Shown here: one piece after another, positions 1 to 10,567 of the stretch | Numbering within the stretch: position 1 is the stretch's first letter | Layout of the letters: every line of letters begins with the position of its first letter | IMG/VR virus record: IMGVR_UViG_3300021318_000003 | Coordinates: 1 to 27,495 of that record | Reading direction: 5' to 3' (one strand) | Source: a virus | Lineage: Duplodnaviria > Heunggongvirae > Uroviricota > Caudoviricetes | Length of the DNA: 27,495 nt | Position numbers and translations under genes: made by a program | The notes under the pieces: generated by a model | Told to the model about the DNA's origin: nothing | The model's database searches: none | Seen by the model: the letters and a program-made list of their open reading frames with translations, nothing else

Positions 1-3000
1 GCCTCTTCGATGGAACAGGCGCAACAGGCGGCGAACGACCTCGCAAGCGAGTTTATGAACTCGACGACGGTGCTCGATATGCTGCGCGAGGGCAACGCGG
101 AGCTGGTGAAGACCATGCTCGAAAAGATCGGCGTGACGAACGCGGACGAGGTGGTCGAATCCCGCCTACGGCTCGTGCGGCTGGAGGCGAAGGTTGCGGC
201 GCTTGGCTTGGCGGACGCCGAGTGGAGCGTTGTCGAGCAAAAGCTGCGTGAGATCGGCGCGACCAACGCGGACATCACCGCAATCGAAGCGCTGCGCAAG
301 AAGCAGCTTGAGGCGAAGATCGCGACGACCGATTTTGCGACCGCGAATGCCGGAACGATTGCGACACTCATTCAGATGGCGAACGCGGCAGGCATTGCCG
401 GAAAGCGGATGCAAATTCTCGCGCAGATGCAGAAGCTCGAAGCGAGCGCAAGCCCCGGCATGAAGGCGACCACGCAGTACGGTATGGCGATGAAGCGCTA
501 TCAGGATATGCTTCTGGAGGGCTTCACGGACGATGTTACCGTTGAGCTGCCGGAGGTGACGGTTAGCGTGCCGAAGGCGGGCGGAAGCGGCAGTAATGGA
601 AGCTCGGCAAAGGATATTGAAGCCTATACCGTGGAGATTGACCGTTTCCGCGAGGCGCTGCACAGGCTCGACGAGGCACAGAAGGAGCGCGAGCAGATCG
701 AGGCGCAGCTTGCGCGCACGCATTCCATCGGCGATGAAATCGCGCTTCGTGAGAAGCTGACGAAGGCGCTTGAGGACGAGCAGGCTGCGATGCACGCGCT
801 CAATGAGGAGCGCGCCGCGGCAATCCATGAAAACATCGAGAAGCTGGCCGGTATGGGCTTTGACGTCTCTTACGACGATGTGCATAACAAGCTCTGGATC
901 GAAAATCTGGATCACATCAACGAGCTGAACGCCAAGGACAAGGCATCGACGAACGAGCTGATCAAGGCGACCGAAAAGCTGATCGAGACCACCGAGAAAT
1001 GGAACGAATCCAACGAGGGGACGTCCGGCGACTGGTGGGATCGCGAGGCGGACAAAATCCAGAACGTGATCGACAAGTTCGAGAGCCTTACCAAGCTCTA
1101 CGAGAACAAGATCACGTTGACGGAAAACTGGCTGGACAACGCGGTCGGCGACATGGACTACGCCAAGGTGCGCGAGTATACCGACAATATTGCGGACTAC
1201 TACAGCAAGATGCAGGAGAATATCGCGGCGGAGGCGGCGTACTATCGCTCCAAGGGCTACAGCGACGAGAGCGACGAGGTGAGCAAGCTCAGCGATCTTT
1301 GGTGGGACTATGAGAAAAAGCGGCTTTCCATCACCGCCGAGGCGTGGGATAAGATCGTGCAGGCGGCGCATGACGGCGTGGACAAAATTCAGGATGTATA
1401 CGACAAGTTCCATCAGGCGGCGAATGAGTTTGCCGAAAACGGCGGCTTTATCTCCATCGACACGTTCCAGAGCATTATCCAGCTCGGCGCGCAGTATATG
1501 CAGTTCCTTCGCGACCAGAACGGGCTTCTCACCATTACGGATGAGAAGATCGAGAAGATCATGGCGGCGAAGACCGAGGAGCTTGCAATCGAGCAGGCGC
1601 TTGCCTACATCGAAAAGCTGCGCATCGCCTTGCAGGAGAAGGACGAGGCCACGCTGAACAATCTGCTTTTCGCGACGAGCGAGGCGGCGAAATCGACGTG
1701 GGATCTGGTGTATGCCAACCTCGCGCTTTTGGATTTGGACGAGGAGCAGTACCGTGCGGCGCTGCACAACATCAACGCGCTCCGGTCGCTGGCTTTCACG
1801 GCGGTGCAGAGCATCGGCAAGGTCGCCGGCGAGAGCCGTGAGGAGCTGGAGAAGATGAAGAGCGGGCTTGACGATATTCTAAAATACGTCATGGAAATGC
1901 TCAAGCATCGCATCCAGGAACAGATCCAGCAGCTCGAAGACATGAAGAAGGCGTATGCCGACATCATCAGTGAGCAGAAGGAGATGCTGCGCCAGACCAA
2001 GAAGCAGGACGACTATCATAAGTCGCTCAACTCCAAGCTCAAAGAGGCGGCGAAGCTGCAGGCACAGATCGACGCGCTTCGGCTCGACACGAGTCGCGAC
2101 GCGACGGCGAAGCGCCTCAAGCTCGAAGAGGAGCTTGCTGAGCTGCAGGATGAGATCGGGGATCAGCAGCGCGAGCACCAGATCGAGGCGACGGAGGACG
2201 CGCTGGACGAGCAGCAGAAGGCGTATGAGGAAGAGAAGGACAGGGAAATCAAGATCCTTGAGGATACGATTTCGTCCTATCAGAAGCTCTACGACATGGC
2301 GATCGAGTATATCCAAAGCCATTGGGAGACTCTTTACGACGAGTTGATTTCGTACAACACCGAATATGGATCGGTGCTCAACAGTGAGATCACGAGCGCG
2401 TGGGAAAACTGTCTTGCGGCGGCGCAGCGCTACGGCGACTATGTTTCCGCCCTTTCGAGCATCGACGCCGATATTTCGGCGGCGGGCGGTACGACGCACA
2501 ATGATACGGTAGGACAGGCGGAGTTTCCGAGTGACACCGGCTATACGAACAATCGCGGAAGCGCAAATGCCGTGCGCAATATCGTTGCGCAGATGAAAGG
2601 GCTTTCGGCTCAGTGGAGCCGCGACAACAGCGATGCGACCAACGAGGCGCTTCATACGAAGGCGGCGCAGCTTGCGGCGCAGCTCGACCAGTACGGCGTC
2701 CACGCGGAATACAATAAGGACGGTTACTGGCGGATCACGCGCGATGAGCTGAATCCGTCCAACGTCGGCAAGCTGCTTTACGACGTGTACCATCAGGGCG
2801 GCATCGTCGGCGGCGGAGGCATCCGTGAGAACGAGCAGTTCGCGCTTCTCAAGAATCACGAGTGGGTACTGACCGAGGATATGGCGGAGAAGCTGACGGG
2901 GCTTTTGGAGCGCATGGGTAAGCTGCGGGGCACGGCGGCGTCCCTTCCGAGCGCGGTACGAGAGCAGATCTTTGGCGGTACAGGCGGCGGAGCGCTTTCG

Positions 3001-3156
3001 AGCGTGAACAATAACCGCAGCGTGACCGTGACGTTCGGCGATACGATCATCAACGGCGGGAACGCCGAGACGGTGCGGCAGCATCAGGAGATCAGCCGCG
3101 AGCAGGCGAACGAGGTCTTGAAGCACCTCGACCTGCATAAGCAGAACCTATTTTAA
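1..3156 (+). CDS. Tail tape-measure protein, C-terminal part (frame open to the left edge)
   Basis: >1048 aa, Ala/Glu/Lys/Leu-rich and coiled-coil-like; C-terminal YHQGGIVGGG and 'VTVTFGDTIING' segments resemble TMP ends; lies directly upstream of a Dit-like gene. No stop in frame between base 1 and ATG 10. Confidence 0.88.
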   Translation, partial: ASSMEQAQQAANDLASEFMNSTTVLDMLREGNAELVKTMLEKIGVTNADEVVESRLRLVRLEAKVAALGLADAEWSVVEQKLREIGATNADITAIEALRKKQLEAKIATTDFATANAGTIATLIQMANAAGIAGKRMQILAQMQKLEASASPGMKATTQYGMAMKRYQDMLLEGFTDDVTVELPEVTVSVPKAGGSGSNGSSAKDIEAYTVEIDRFREALHRLDEAQKEREQIEAQLARTHSIGDEIALREKLTKALEDEQAAMHALNEERAAAIHENIEKLAGMGFDVSYDDVHNKLWIENLDHINELNAKDKASTNELIKATEKLIETTEKWNESNEGTSGDWWDREADKIQNVIDKFESLTKLYENKITLTENWLDNAVGDMDYAKVREYTDNIADYYSKMQENIAAEAAYYRSKGYSDESDEVSKLSDLWWDYEKKRLSITAEAWDKIVQAAHDGVDKIQDVYDKFHQAANEFAENGGFISIDTFQSIIQLGAQYMQFLRDQNGLLTITDEKIEKIMAAKTEELAIEQALAYIEKLRIALQEKDEATLNNLLFATSEAAKSTWDLVYANLALLDLDEEQYRAALHNINALRSLAFTAVQSIGKVAGESREELEKMKSGLDDILKYVMEMLKHRIQEQIQQLEDMKKAYADIISEQKEMLRQTKKQDDYHKSLNSKLKEAAKLQAQIDALRLDTSRDATAKRLKLEEELAELQDEIGDQQREHQIEATEDALDEQQKAYEEEKDREIKILEDTISSYQKLYDMAIEYIQSHWETLYDELISYNTEYGSVLNSEITSAWENCLAAAQRYGDYVSALSSIDADISAAGGTTHNDTVGQAEFPSDTGYTNNRGSANAVRNIVAQMKGLSAQWSRDNSDATNEALHTKAAQLAAQLDQYGVHAEYNKDGYWRITRDELNPSNVGKLLYDVYHQGGIVGGGGIRENEQFALLKNHEWVLTEDMAEKLTGLLERMGKLRGTAASLPSAVREQIFGGTGGGALSSVNNNRSVTVTFGDTIINGGNAETVRQHQEISREQANEVLKHLDLHKQNLF

Positions 3157-3178
3157 GGGGAGGCGAAAAGCCTCCCCT
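3156..3178 (+). other. GC-rich stem-loop after TMP stop
   Basis: AGGGGAGGC-gaaaa-GCCTCCCCT (9 bp); no clean U-tract, so terminator function is uncertain. Confidence 0.5.
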
Positions 3179-3211
3179 CTCTATATTCTTTGAGAGAGGA
3201 GGAGCGGGAAC

Positions 3212-4003
3212 GTGTTCAAAAGTTATGAATTTACATTTGACGGGATTTCCAGCGAGATGTACGGGCTGCACATGTTCGATCTCGGAGATAAGAAGCAAAG
3301 TCCCGTGAGCTTCGGCAACAAGGCGAGCATCATCGAAACGCGGAGCAACACGCGGGTAACGCCGATCCATTATGGCGTGAACTACAACGCTTCTCCGCTG
3401 GAGTTTACGCTGGTGTTCGGCACATACGACACCAAAATGCTCGACCGCTATGAGATGCAGGAGGTGTCGCTGTGGCTGACGGGACACCGCGATTACAAGT
3501 GGCTGACCATCGTACAGCCCGACTTGGAGCACTGCATGTTTCGGTGTATCGTTACCAAGCTCACGCCGATCCATGTGGCGTGGTCGCCGGTGGCGTTTGA
3601 GGCGACGGTGCGGTGTGACTGCCCGTATGCCTACGGCTATCCATTTTCCTATACCTACCGCGTGAACGGGGAAACGCGCATCAACTTCCGCAACGAAGGT
3701 TCGTGCCGCGAGTATCTGCGCCCAAAGCTCGTGTTTACACCGTCGTCTGGTGGTGGGGCGCTTTCCATCGTCAATGAGAGTGATGACGGGCGGGAGTTCC
3801 GTCTGAGCGGCCTTCCGAACAGCGTGAGCGACGTGACAATCGACAATCAGAACGGCATTATTCGCGGCGCGGAGGCGCACAACTACTACGCGGGCTTCAA
3901 CATGAATTTCTTTCGCGCGGTGCAGGGCGACAATCTGCTCGCCGTGACGGGAAGCGGGACGCTGGAGATTTCCGGACGCTTCCTCTACAACGTGGCAGGG
4001 TAA
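3212..4003 (+). CDS. Distal tail protein (Dit)-like
   Basis: 263 aa, GTG start after GGAG; position right after TMP; 'FTFDGISSEMYGL', 'FEATVRCDCPYAY' and C-terminal 'GDNLLAVTG' match the siphovirus Dit pattern. Confidence 0.8.
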   Translation: MFKSYEFTFDGISSEMYGLHMFDLGDKKQSPVSFGNKASIIETRSNTRVTPIHYGVNYNASPLEFTLVFGTYDTKMLDRYEMQEVSLWLTGHRDYKWLTIVQPDLEHCMFRCIVTKLTPIHVAWSPVAFEATVRCDCPYAYGYPFSYTYRVNGETRINFRNEGSCREYLRPKLVFTPSSGGGALSIVNESDDGREFRLSGLPNSVSDVTIDNQNGIIRGAEAHNYYAGFNMNFFRAVQGDNLLAVTGSGTLEISGRFLYNVAG

Positions 4004-4015
4004 GGAGGCGACGGT

Positions 4016-7000
4016 ATGATTCTTGATTTTTCCAAGCTGCCGATGAACGGCGGCGGATATGAACAGCCGGAGCTTCTTTTGCAGACGCTCGGCGGAGATG
4101 CGCTCGGCACGATTCCTGGCGTTCACAACCTGACGTTCAAAATCAAGTTTGTGGAACAGAGCGAGATGGAGTTTGACATTCCATCCGCGCTGGACGACGG
4201 CACAGTGAATCCGCTTTATGAGTCTGTCACGGCCTACAAGATGATCTACACCAAGTCTTACGGTATCTATGTGACCGAAAAGCCGAAGGTGACGAGTGAT
4301 GGTGTGAAGGACGTCAAGCACGTTACGGCGAAGTCGCTGGAGGTGCTGCTTGGCACCAAGAAGTTCTTTTTGGAAGAGGGCGTTTATAAGTTCTGCAATA
4401 TCACGAATGTGCGGGATACGAGCACCATCATCGGGCGCGTTCTGGAAATCGACCCGACGTGGAACATCGGTTATGTGTCGAGTGCGATCACATCCAAGTA
4501 CGGCGCATTTGAGCAGTTCGACGGTGAATTGTACGATTTTATGATGAACAACGCCATGCAGAAATATCGCTGTGTGTTTGTGTTTGATCCCTATGGGACG
4601 CCTGAAAAGCCGGGGAAGACCATCAGCGTGTATGACGCGGACGAGGAACGTCCGTCGCTTCCGATCTATCTGGGATTTGACAATCTCTTGAAGGAGGCGG
4701 ACGTCGAGGAGCTTTCCGACGAGCTTCGTACGGCGATTCGTCCGTATGGAGCGGATGAGCTTTCCATCCACGACGTCAATCCGACCGGCGACGATTGGGT
4801 GTATGACTTGTCAGGATTTATCGCGCGCGGCGATTTGAGCGGTGCGCTTGCTGAGAAGTTTACCGCGTGGCAGAAGCGACTTTTGAACAACAAGGCGTAT
4901 TACAGCGCGTTGACGGCGGCGCGTGCTTCGATGTGGTCGCGGTACTATGTCGAGACGGCGAAGTACAATGCTTTACAACTGGAGCTGGACGGGCTGCTCA
5001 CGCAGCAGAACGCGGCGATTCAGGGTCAACACGCGAGCGCGCTGCCTTCGCTCGCCAATCAGGTCAGTGCCAAGCGCGCGCAGATGCAGACGCAGCAGGG
5101 CGTCATTGACGCGGTGCTCGCGAACAAGGCACGTATCCAGACGGCAATCGACGCGATGGTGAACGGAAGCGGCTCTACGCTTGGACTTTCCCTGCGTGCG
5201 GCGTTTACGGATGACGAGTACAAAAGGCTTTTGCCCTACATCATTCAGCAGGACGTGACCGACGATACCTTCGTCGTGTCGGACATCGCGACGGACATGA
5301 CGCCAGAGGTACACGCACTTTCCGGTGCGACTGTTTCGATTACGGACGCTGCTATCTCGCGCGTGACGCTGACGACCGGATACCCTTGTACGATGTATTC
5401 TATTACGGGCGGTACGGTCGCGGTGTCGAACGTGGTGGCTGACATCATTCGCGGAACGTTGGAAGTCGACAACGACAATACGTTCACGCTCACACTATAC
5501 ACAGGCAAAATCACGGTTGGAAACGCCTCGTCCGAGTCCGGTATCATCACTGTTGCAGGTGCGATGAACGGCGGTGTTTCGAGCAATATTTCCACACGAA
5601 ACGTCAATGGCGTGACCACCTATGGTGGGACGCGCCTCAGCTTCCGCACGAGAAGCACGAGCCTGTATCTCAGCGCGAGCGCGGGCGAGTTTCAGCGCTG
5701 GGCGGTGGAGGAGGAGCTTTATCGTTATGCCGTGGAGCTGTTGGATGATTTTGCCGTGCCGACGTATCAGTTTACGGTGCAAAGCGGTAATTTTCTGTTC
5801 GCGCGGGAGTTCGCACCGTTTCGGAACGACTTGGAGCTTGGCAAGGGCATCTACTTGAGTCTGCCGCATGAGAAGGTCATCACATCGTATTTGGTCGAGA
5901 TCGACCTGAACTTCGAGAGGGCGGACGAGTTTTCGATTCTGTTCTCCAACCGCTTCAAGCGCAGGGACATGGTGCAGACGCTTCGCGACATGATCGAGCA
6001 GTCGTACTCCACGAGCCGCAGCCTCGATCTGAGCAAGCATACCTACAACACGGCGGCGAGCGAGGCGACGGACGCGGCGAAGTTTATTCGCGAGTCTTTG
6101 GACTTTGCGGCGAACCGCATCAAGTCGGCTGCAAACCAGAGCGTTGTGATCGACCAGGCCGGCATCCAGATCGGCGAGGCGTCCAATCCACGCCAGATGC
6201 GCATTGTCAATGATATGCTCGCTATCACGGACGACGGCTGGCAGAGCGCGAAGCTCGCCATCGGCTACTTCCAGAACGCGAGTGGGACAAACTACTTTGG
6301 CGTGAATGCTGAGGTGATCGCCGGCAATCTCGTTGTCGGTACGGAACTTAACATCACCACGAGCAAGGGGCATTTCAAGGTGGACAACAACGGCGTGTAT
6401 ATCAATTCGATGAAGTTTTACATCACGAACGATTCCAACAAGTCGCTCGACAGTGAGTTTGACGACATCAAGGATTACACGGACGATCAGATCGGAAGCG
6501 TCAGGGATACGATCGAGGAGACGGAGGACACGATCCGCGAGTTCTACAACAGCGGGTATCTGGACTCCACGAAGCTCAAGGGCGTTATTTCCGCGCAGAT
6601 GGCGCAGATGAAGTCTTCGAGCGGTAATGTGCTCTTTGACAGCGACGGCATCTGGCTGATGGACGGTTCGACCAAGGAGACTACCACCAGAGCCGTATGG
6701 ATGAACGAAAACGGCATTTTGTTCGGAACGGGAAGCAAGACATCCGATCCGGGTACTTCGAGCGCATGGACATGGACGACCGCCATCAACCACAACGGCA
6801 TCGTCGCCGAGGCGATCGCGGCTGGTACGGTGAGCGGCTTGAAGCTCTACGGTGGCGAGCTGCACATCGGCAAGCGGAGCGACGGGACGTATAACTTCAA
6901 TGTGGATTCCAGCGGCAATCTGACTGCGAACAGTGGTACGTTCAAAGGCACGGTACATGGCGCTACGTTCCGTGATGCAGATGGCAACCTGATGATGCAA

Positions 7001-7594
7001 AACGGTAAGTGGAAGGACGACTACATCGACAGCCTAACCGCGAACAAGATCACGGCAGGGACGATCGACGCGAAAAAAGTCACCATTAAGAATCTGGTCG
7101 TCGGCAGCAACGTCACGATGGGGCCGAACGCATATATTTCGTGGGACAACGTTACGGATCACCAAGCGCTTGACGACGACATCGCGAGTGCGAAAAGCGC
7201 GGGTACGAACGCGGAGAAGATCGCAAAGCAGATCGCGAACGGAACGTATGATGGCGGAACGTTCATCAGTGGGACGTCAATTTATTCGCCGAATATTTAC
7301 GCGAATGTGTTTACAGTTACGCCAAGATATTCAGATAACACAATGGGTGGGTTTGTAATAAAAGGATACGATACATTTCGTCAGTTACAAACAAGATTCA
7401 AAGTTGAATACTATATTGTGCCAGATTATGGACAGCCAATGGTAGAGATTTCTGGTGGTGATAATTATACTTCTGTCGGAGATGCCACATGGAACTTTAA
7501 TGATACTTATGTACGAGGGCAAGTAAGGTTCCAAGATAAGGTTGTATTCTATGGAGGTACGGAAGGTATTGATGTTACGGCAAGGTTTGGCTAA
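4016..7594 (+). CDS. Baseplate hub / tail-associated (Tal-like) protein with long C-terminal extension
   Basis: 1192 aa, AAGGAGG RBS, position after Dit; N-terminal hub-like region, coiled coil, then beta-rich spike-like repeats (ITANKITAGTIDA). Confidence 0.75.
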   Translation: MILDFSKLPMNGGGYEQPELLLQTLGGDALGTIPGVHNLTFKIKFVEQSEMEFDIPSALDDGTVNPLYESVTAYKMIYTKSYGIYVTEKPKVTSDGVKDVKHVTAKSLEVLLGTKKFFLEEGVYKFCNITNVRDTSTIIGRVLEIDPTWNIGYVSSAITSKYGAFEQFDGELYDFMMNNAMQKYRCVFVFDPYGTPEKPGKTISVYDADEERPSLPIYLGFDNLLKEADVEELSDELRTAIRPYGADELSIHDVNPTGDDWVYDLSGFIARGDLSGALAEKFTAWQKRLLNNKAYYSALTAARASMWSRYYVETAKYNALQLELDGLLTQQNAAIQGQHASALPSLANQVSAKRAQMQTQQGVIDAVLANKARIQTAIDAMVNGSGSTLGLSLRAAFTDDEYKRLLPYIIQQDVTDDTFVVSDIATDMTPEVHALSGATVSITDAAISRVTLTTGYPCTMYSITGGTVAVSNVVADIIRGTLEVDNDNTFTLTLYTGKITVGNASSESGIITVAGAMNGGVSSNISTRNVNGVTTYGGTRLSFRTRSTSLYLSASAGEFQRWAVEEELYRYAVELLDDFAVPTYQFTVQSGNFLFAREFAPFRNDLELGKGIYLSLPHEKVITSYLVEIDLNFERADEFSILFSNRFKRRDMVQTLRDMIEQSYSTSRSLDLSKHTYNTAASEATDAAKFIRESLDFAANRIKSAANQSVVIDQAGIQIGEASNPRQMRIVNDMLAITDDGWQSAKLAIGYFQNASGTNYFGVNAEVIAGNLVVGTELNITTSKGHFKVDNNGVYINSMKFYITNDSNKSLDSEFDDIKDYTDDQIGSVRDTIEETEDTIREFYNSGYLDSTKLKGVISAQMAQMKSSSGNVLFDSDGIWLMDGSTKETTTRAVWMNENGILFGTGSKTSDPGTSSAWTWTTAINHNGIVAEAIAAGTVSGLKLYGGELHIGKRSDGTYNFNVDSSGNLTANSGTFKGTVHGATFRDADGNLMMQNGKWKDDYIDSLTANKITAGTIDAKKVTIKNLVVGSNVTMGPNAYISWDNVTDHQALDDDIASAKSAGTNAEKIAKQIANGTYDGGTFISGTSIYSPNIYANVFTVTPRYSDNTMGGFVIKGYDTFRQLQTRFKVEYYIVPDYGQPMVEISGGDNYTSVGDATWNFNDTYVRGQVRFQDKVVFYGGTEGIDVTARFG

Positions 7595-7607
7595 GGAGGC
7601 GGCGTAG

Positions 7608-8537
7608 ATGGCAAGTTTGTATACAGAGATTTCGTACAGCGGCGGACGCGCCACCTTTACCTGCCATTATTCCGGTTTGCAGGAGGGGTACACCGGCTCG
7701 CGGCGCATCCTTTATTCCGTTGGCAGCAGCTATGGCAGCCAAGCAATCTATGGAACATCCGGCTCAATCGACGTGACGATCTCCGTATCCTCCGGCAACG
7801 TATACGGATACACATTCGAGCTGCAATACAAGAACGCGGACGCGACGGAATGGACGACCGCCGTAACGGATCGAGGCAACTATACCGCGCCGTCCATCCC
7901 GTCCATTTCCTCTTTCATCGTATCGCAGACCGGCATCGGCAAAAAGACGGCGTATTGCTCGTGGAGCGTATCGGGGCTTGACAGCGGCGCAACCTATGAA
8001 ATCAAGTCGCCGGACACGAGCGGCGAATGGTGGACAAAGGCGAGCGGGAGCGCGCGCGGCAGCGGGAGCTGTACGATCACGTTTGATTACTTCGGCTATT
8101 ACTCCGTCAAGCTGGTTATTACAAACGGAAATGGGTATTCCGATGAGTACACAACAAGCGTCAATATGTCGTCGCTGGAAAAGTGGAGCTGGTCGTCATC
8201 GAACGGCAGAGCGACGGCAATGCAGACGAGCAACGCCTACAGCGCCGTGACCGGGAAAGGTAAGGTGTCTGATTTCTCCTATCTTGTGTGGAACGATCTT
8301 TGCGCCAAAGTCAAATCTGTCCGTGAGGCGGCCGGATTCCCGTGGAATACCACATATGCGAGTTACAACAACACGTGTATGAGCGGAAGCGACAAGATAC
8401 TGACCGCGACGAGATTTAACAGCTTGAGGCACAACACCTATGACCAATGGAGTCCCGTCTCAAGAGGAGACAAGGTATACGGCTACTATTTCACGCAAAT
8501 CACAACACAAATCAACAACTGGATCAACAGTTTATAA
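7608..8537 (+). CDS. Putative tail/baseplate protein, Ser/Thr/Tyr/Gly-rich beta domains
   Basis: 309 aa, AAGGAGG RBS 13 nt after the previous stop; composition of virion beta-sandwich proteins. Confidence 0.65.
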   Translation: MASLYTEISYSGGRATFTCHYSGLQEGYTGSRRILYSVGSSYGSQAIYGTSGSIDVTISVSSGNVYGYTFELQYKNADATEWTTAVTDRGNYTAPSIPSISSFIVSQTGIGKKTAYCSWSVSGLDSGATYEIKSPDTSGEWWTKASGSARGSGSCTITFDYFGYYSVKLVITNGNGYSDEYTTSVNMSSLEKWSWSSSNGRATAMQTSNAYSAVTGKGKVSDFSYLVWNDLCAKVKSVREAAGFPWNTTYASYNNTCMSGSDKILTATRFNSLRHNTYDQWSPVSRGDKVYGYYFTQITTQINNWINSL

Positions 8538-8550
8538 GAAAGGGATAACT

Positions 8551-8739
8551 ATGAAAGAACAGATTTTGCAGAACATTGACGCCGTAATCGGCGCGCTGAA
8601 CAATGTATCAGTGTGTGGGGAGGAGAATCTTGCCAATCTCGCGGGCAGCCTGCGAGTACTGCACCAGATCGGCGCGATGCTCCAAAACGCCGAGTTTTCT
8701 GAGCCGGAAAAGAAAAACGACGGCGATGCGGAGGCGTAA
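8551..8739 (+). CDS. Hypothetical 62-aa protein (MKEQILQNIDAV...)
   Basis: GAAAGGGA RBS before ATG 8551; fills the gap between co-oriented genes; the longer track ORF from 8440 overlaps the upstream gene. Confidence 0.7.
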   Translation: MKEQILQNIDAVIGALNNVSVCGEENLANLAGSLRVLHQIGAMLQNAEFSEPEKKNDGDAEA

Positions 8740-8764
8740 CATTCAGAAAGGACGGTGAGCGGCT

Positions 8765-9154
8765 ATGACAAGCTGCGGCTGCAATCCACACTCGCTGCCG
8801 ACAATCGAGTTTGTTGGTGGAGAGACGCAGGAGCTTGTGTTCAACGTATACTTCCACTCGAAGGACAAGCCGTTCGGCATGGCGGGCGCGACCGCAAATT
8901 TCGCGATTGTGAGCAGCCTCAACAAGACGGGCGCGCCGATTCTGTCCAAGCCGATGACGGCTGGTTACGACGAACACGGGACAGTGCTTAACGTGCTGCG
9001 GGTAACAATCGCGCCGAGCGAGTCCGTCAATTTGAGTGGTAAGTACATCTATCAGATCACGCTCCGCGACATGAGCGGAGAGACGGAGATCCCCAAACAG
9101 GGGGTTTTGTTTATCAGCAACAACATCAATAAGAGTGCGATCGCCTCGTCGTAA
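8765..9154 (+). CDS. BppU N-terminal-like baseplate upper domain protein
   Basis: 129 aa; 'IEFVGGETQELVFNVY...VTIAPSESVNLSGKYIYQITLRD' resembles the BppU-type Ig-like attachment domain. Confidence 0.55.
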   Translation: MTSCGCNPHSLPTIEFVGGETQELVFNVYFHSKDKPFGMAGATANFAIVSSLNKTGAPILSKPMTAGYDEHGTVLNVLRVTIAPSESVNLSGKYIYQITLRDMSGETEIPKQGVLFISNNINKSAIASS

Positions 9155-9202
9155 GACGGGGCTTTTTCGCGCCAAAAAGTAAGCATAAGGAGGCAAAATG
9201 GC

Positions 9203-9610
9203 ATGAACACTACACGTTTTTTGGACATCGTTGCCGGTAACGTGTTTGGCACGAAGACCAATCCGGCGATCCCGACGAAGTATTACATCGGGCTTTCCAC
9301 GACGGCTCCGACCATCAACGGCACGAACGTGACCGAGCCGAACGCGGGCGCTGGCTATGCGCGCGTTGAGCTGACGAGCCTGAGCCAGCCGAGCGGCGGC
9401 GTCGTGACGAACGAGCAGGCGATCAACTTCAACGAATCCACCGCGTCGTGGGGTACGATCACGCATTTCGTTATCTTCGACACGGATACGGTCGGCGGTG
9501 GCAACCTTTTGATGTACGGCGCGCTTTCTACGCCGAGAAGCGTTGAGGCGGCGACGATTATGACCATCAAGGAAGGCTATCTGAACCTGAGCGCGCAGAA
9601 CCCGACGTAA
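9203..9610 (+). CDS. Conserved phage virion/tail structural protein
   Basis: 135 aa, AAGGAGG RBS; 'YYIGLSTTAP...GYARVEL...WGTITHFVIFD...GNLLMYGAL' motif seen in phage tail modules. Confidence 0.7.
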   Translation: MNTTRFLDIVAGNVFGTKTNPAIPTKYYIGLSTTAPTINGTNVTEPNAGAGYARVELTSLSQPSGGVVTNEQAINFNESTASWGTITHFVIFDTDTVGGGNLLMYGALSTPRSVEAATIMTIKEGYLNLSAQNPT

Positions 9611-9625
9611 CAAGGAGGCGGCCGC

Positions 9626-10549
9626 ATGGCGAAGGTATTTGACGTCTATCTCAACCGTCGCGTAACGGAGTGCGACCTTTTCATCAACAGCCTGCAGTAT
9701 CGTGACACCCTGAGCGTCTATGACCGACTTATCATCAACAGCGTGCTGCAGAGCTATCTTTTGCAGAAGTTCATCGCCGTGCGGACGGGGAGCGTACTGA
9801 CCGCGCACATCGACGAGATGATCAAACGGTGCTACGAGCTTTTGCGCGCCGGTGTAAAGCTGGACGCAGAGGCTTCGTTCAGCGCCGTCAAGCCAGCAGA
9901 TATTGAGGCAAGCACAATCGAACTGAGCACTGAGGACGTTTCGCTTCTCGCGCAGAGTTTTACAGATGCGGAGGATGCCATCATTCTCGCGGCGGAACCG
10001 CTTCTGGTGTCGTTGGCGCATTCGTTCAGCGAGATGCGGAGCGGCATCGTGCTTTCGGCGGAGGCGGAGCTGGCGCAGTGGAAGCATTTGCGCACGGACA
10101 GCGGTATTTTGCTTGCCGCAGACGAGCTGGAGACCAAGAAGGCGTCGTATCTGGCCGCTGATCTTGGGCTGAGCGTGAACGCCGAGTTGGTTGGCCTCTG
10201 CCGGCGCGTTTACAACGTGGGAACGAGCGCCATCGGCATTGCGCAGATCTTGCTTGGTACGGAGCTTCACTATTCGCTCGGTCGCGGCGAGAACATCATC
10301 AACATAGGCGCGCGCGTGACAGGTACGACGGCTGAGAAGTTTGTTGCTATGGCGAGTGCATTGCGTATTACGGCGGAAGCAACGGAGAAGCTGTACCGAT
10401 ATATTGACGCCGCGAGCGCGGTGGAGCTTTCCTCCGCCGCGAGCGCTGTTTTGCGCAGGCCGCGCCGCTTGAATGAGGTCGACGACCTCACGCTCGACGA
10501 CATTGACGACCTCACGCTCGACGAGCTTTACTATGTGACTCTTTCCTAA
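9626..10549 (+). CDS. Hypothetical structural protein
   Basis: 307 aa, AAGGAGG RBS; acidic C-terminus DDLTLDDIDDLTLDEL encoded by a 20-bp direct repeat (10481-10500, 10505-10524). Confidence 0.7.
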   Translation: MAKVFDVYLNRRVTECDLFINSLQYRDTLSVYDRLIINSVLQSYLLQKFIAVRTGSVLTAHIDEMIKRCYELLRAGVKLDAEASFSAVKPADIEASTIELSTEDVSLLAQSFTDAEDAIILAAEPLLVSLAHSFSEMRSGIVLSAEAELAQWKHLRTDSGILLAADELETKKASYLAADLGLSVNAELVGLCRRVYNVGTSAIGIAQILLGTELHYSLGRGENIINIGARVTGTTAEKFVAMASALRITAEATEKLYRYIDAASAVELSSAASAVLRRPRRLNEVDDLTLDDIDDLTLDELYYVTLS

Positions 10550-10567
10550 GAGAGGAGGAAGACACCC

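Noticed and set aside
166-4771. Long minus-strand ORFs (166-1767, 1879-3138, 3092-4771)
   Set aside because: Antisense shadows of TMP, Dit and Tal caused by high-GC codon bias; no RBS or recognisable motifs.
10481-10524. 20-bp direct repeat as a regulatory or mobile-element scar
   Set aside because: In frame (24-nt period), encodes a DDLTLD peptide repeat; simplest as an intragenic duplication.
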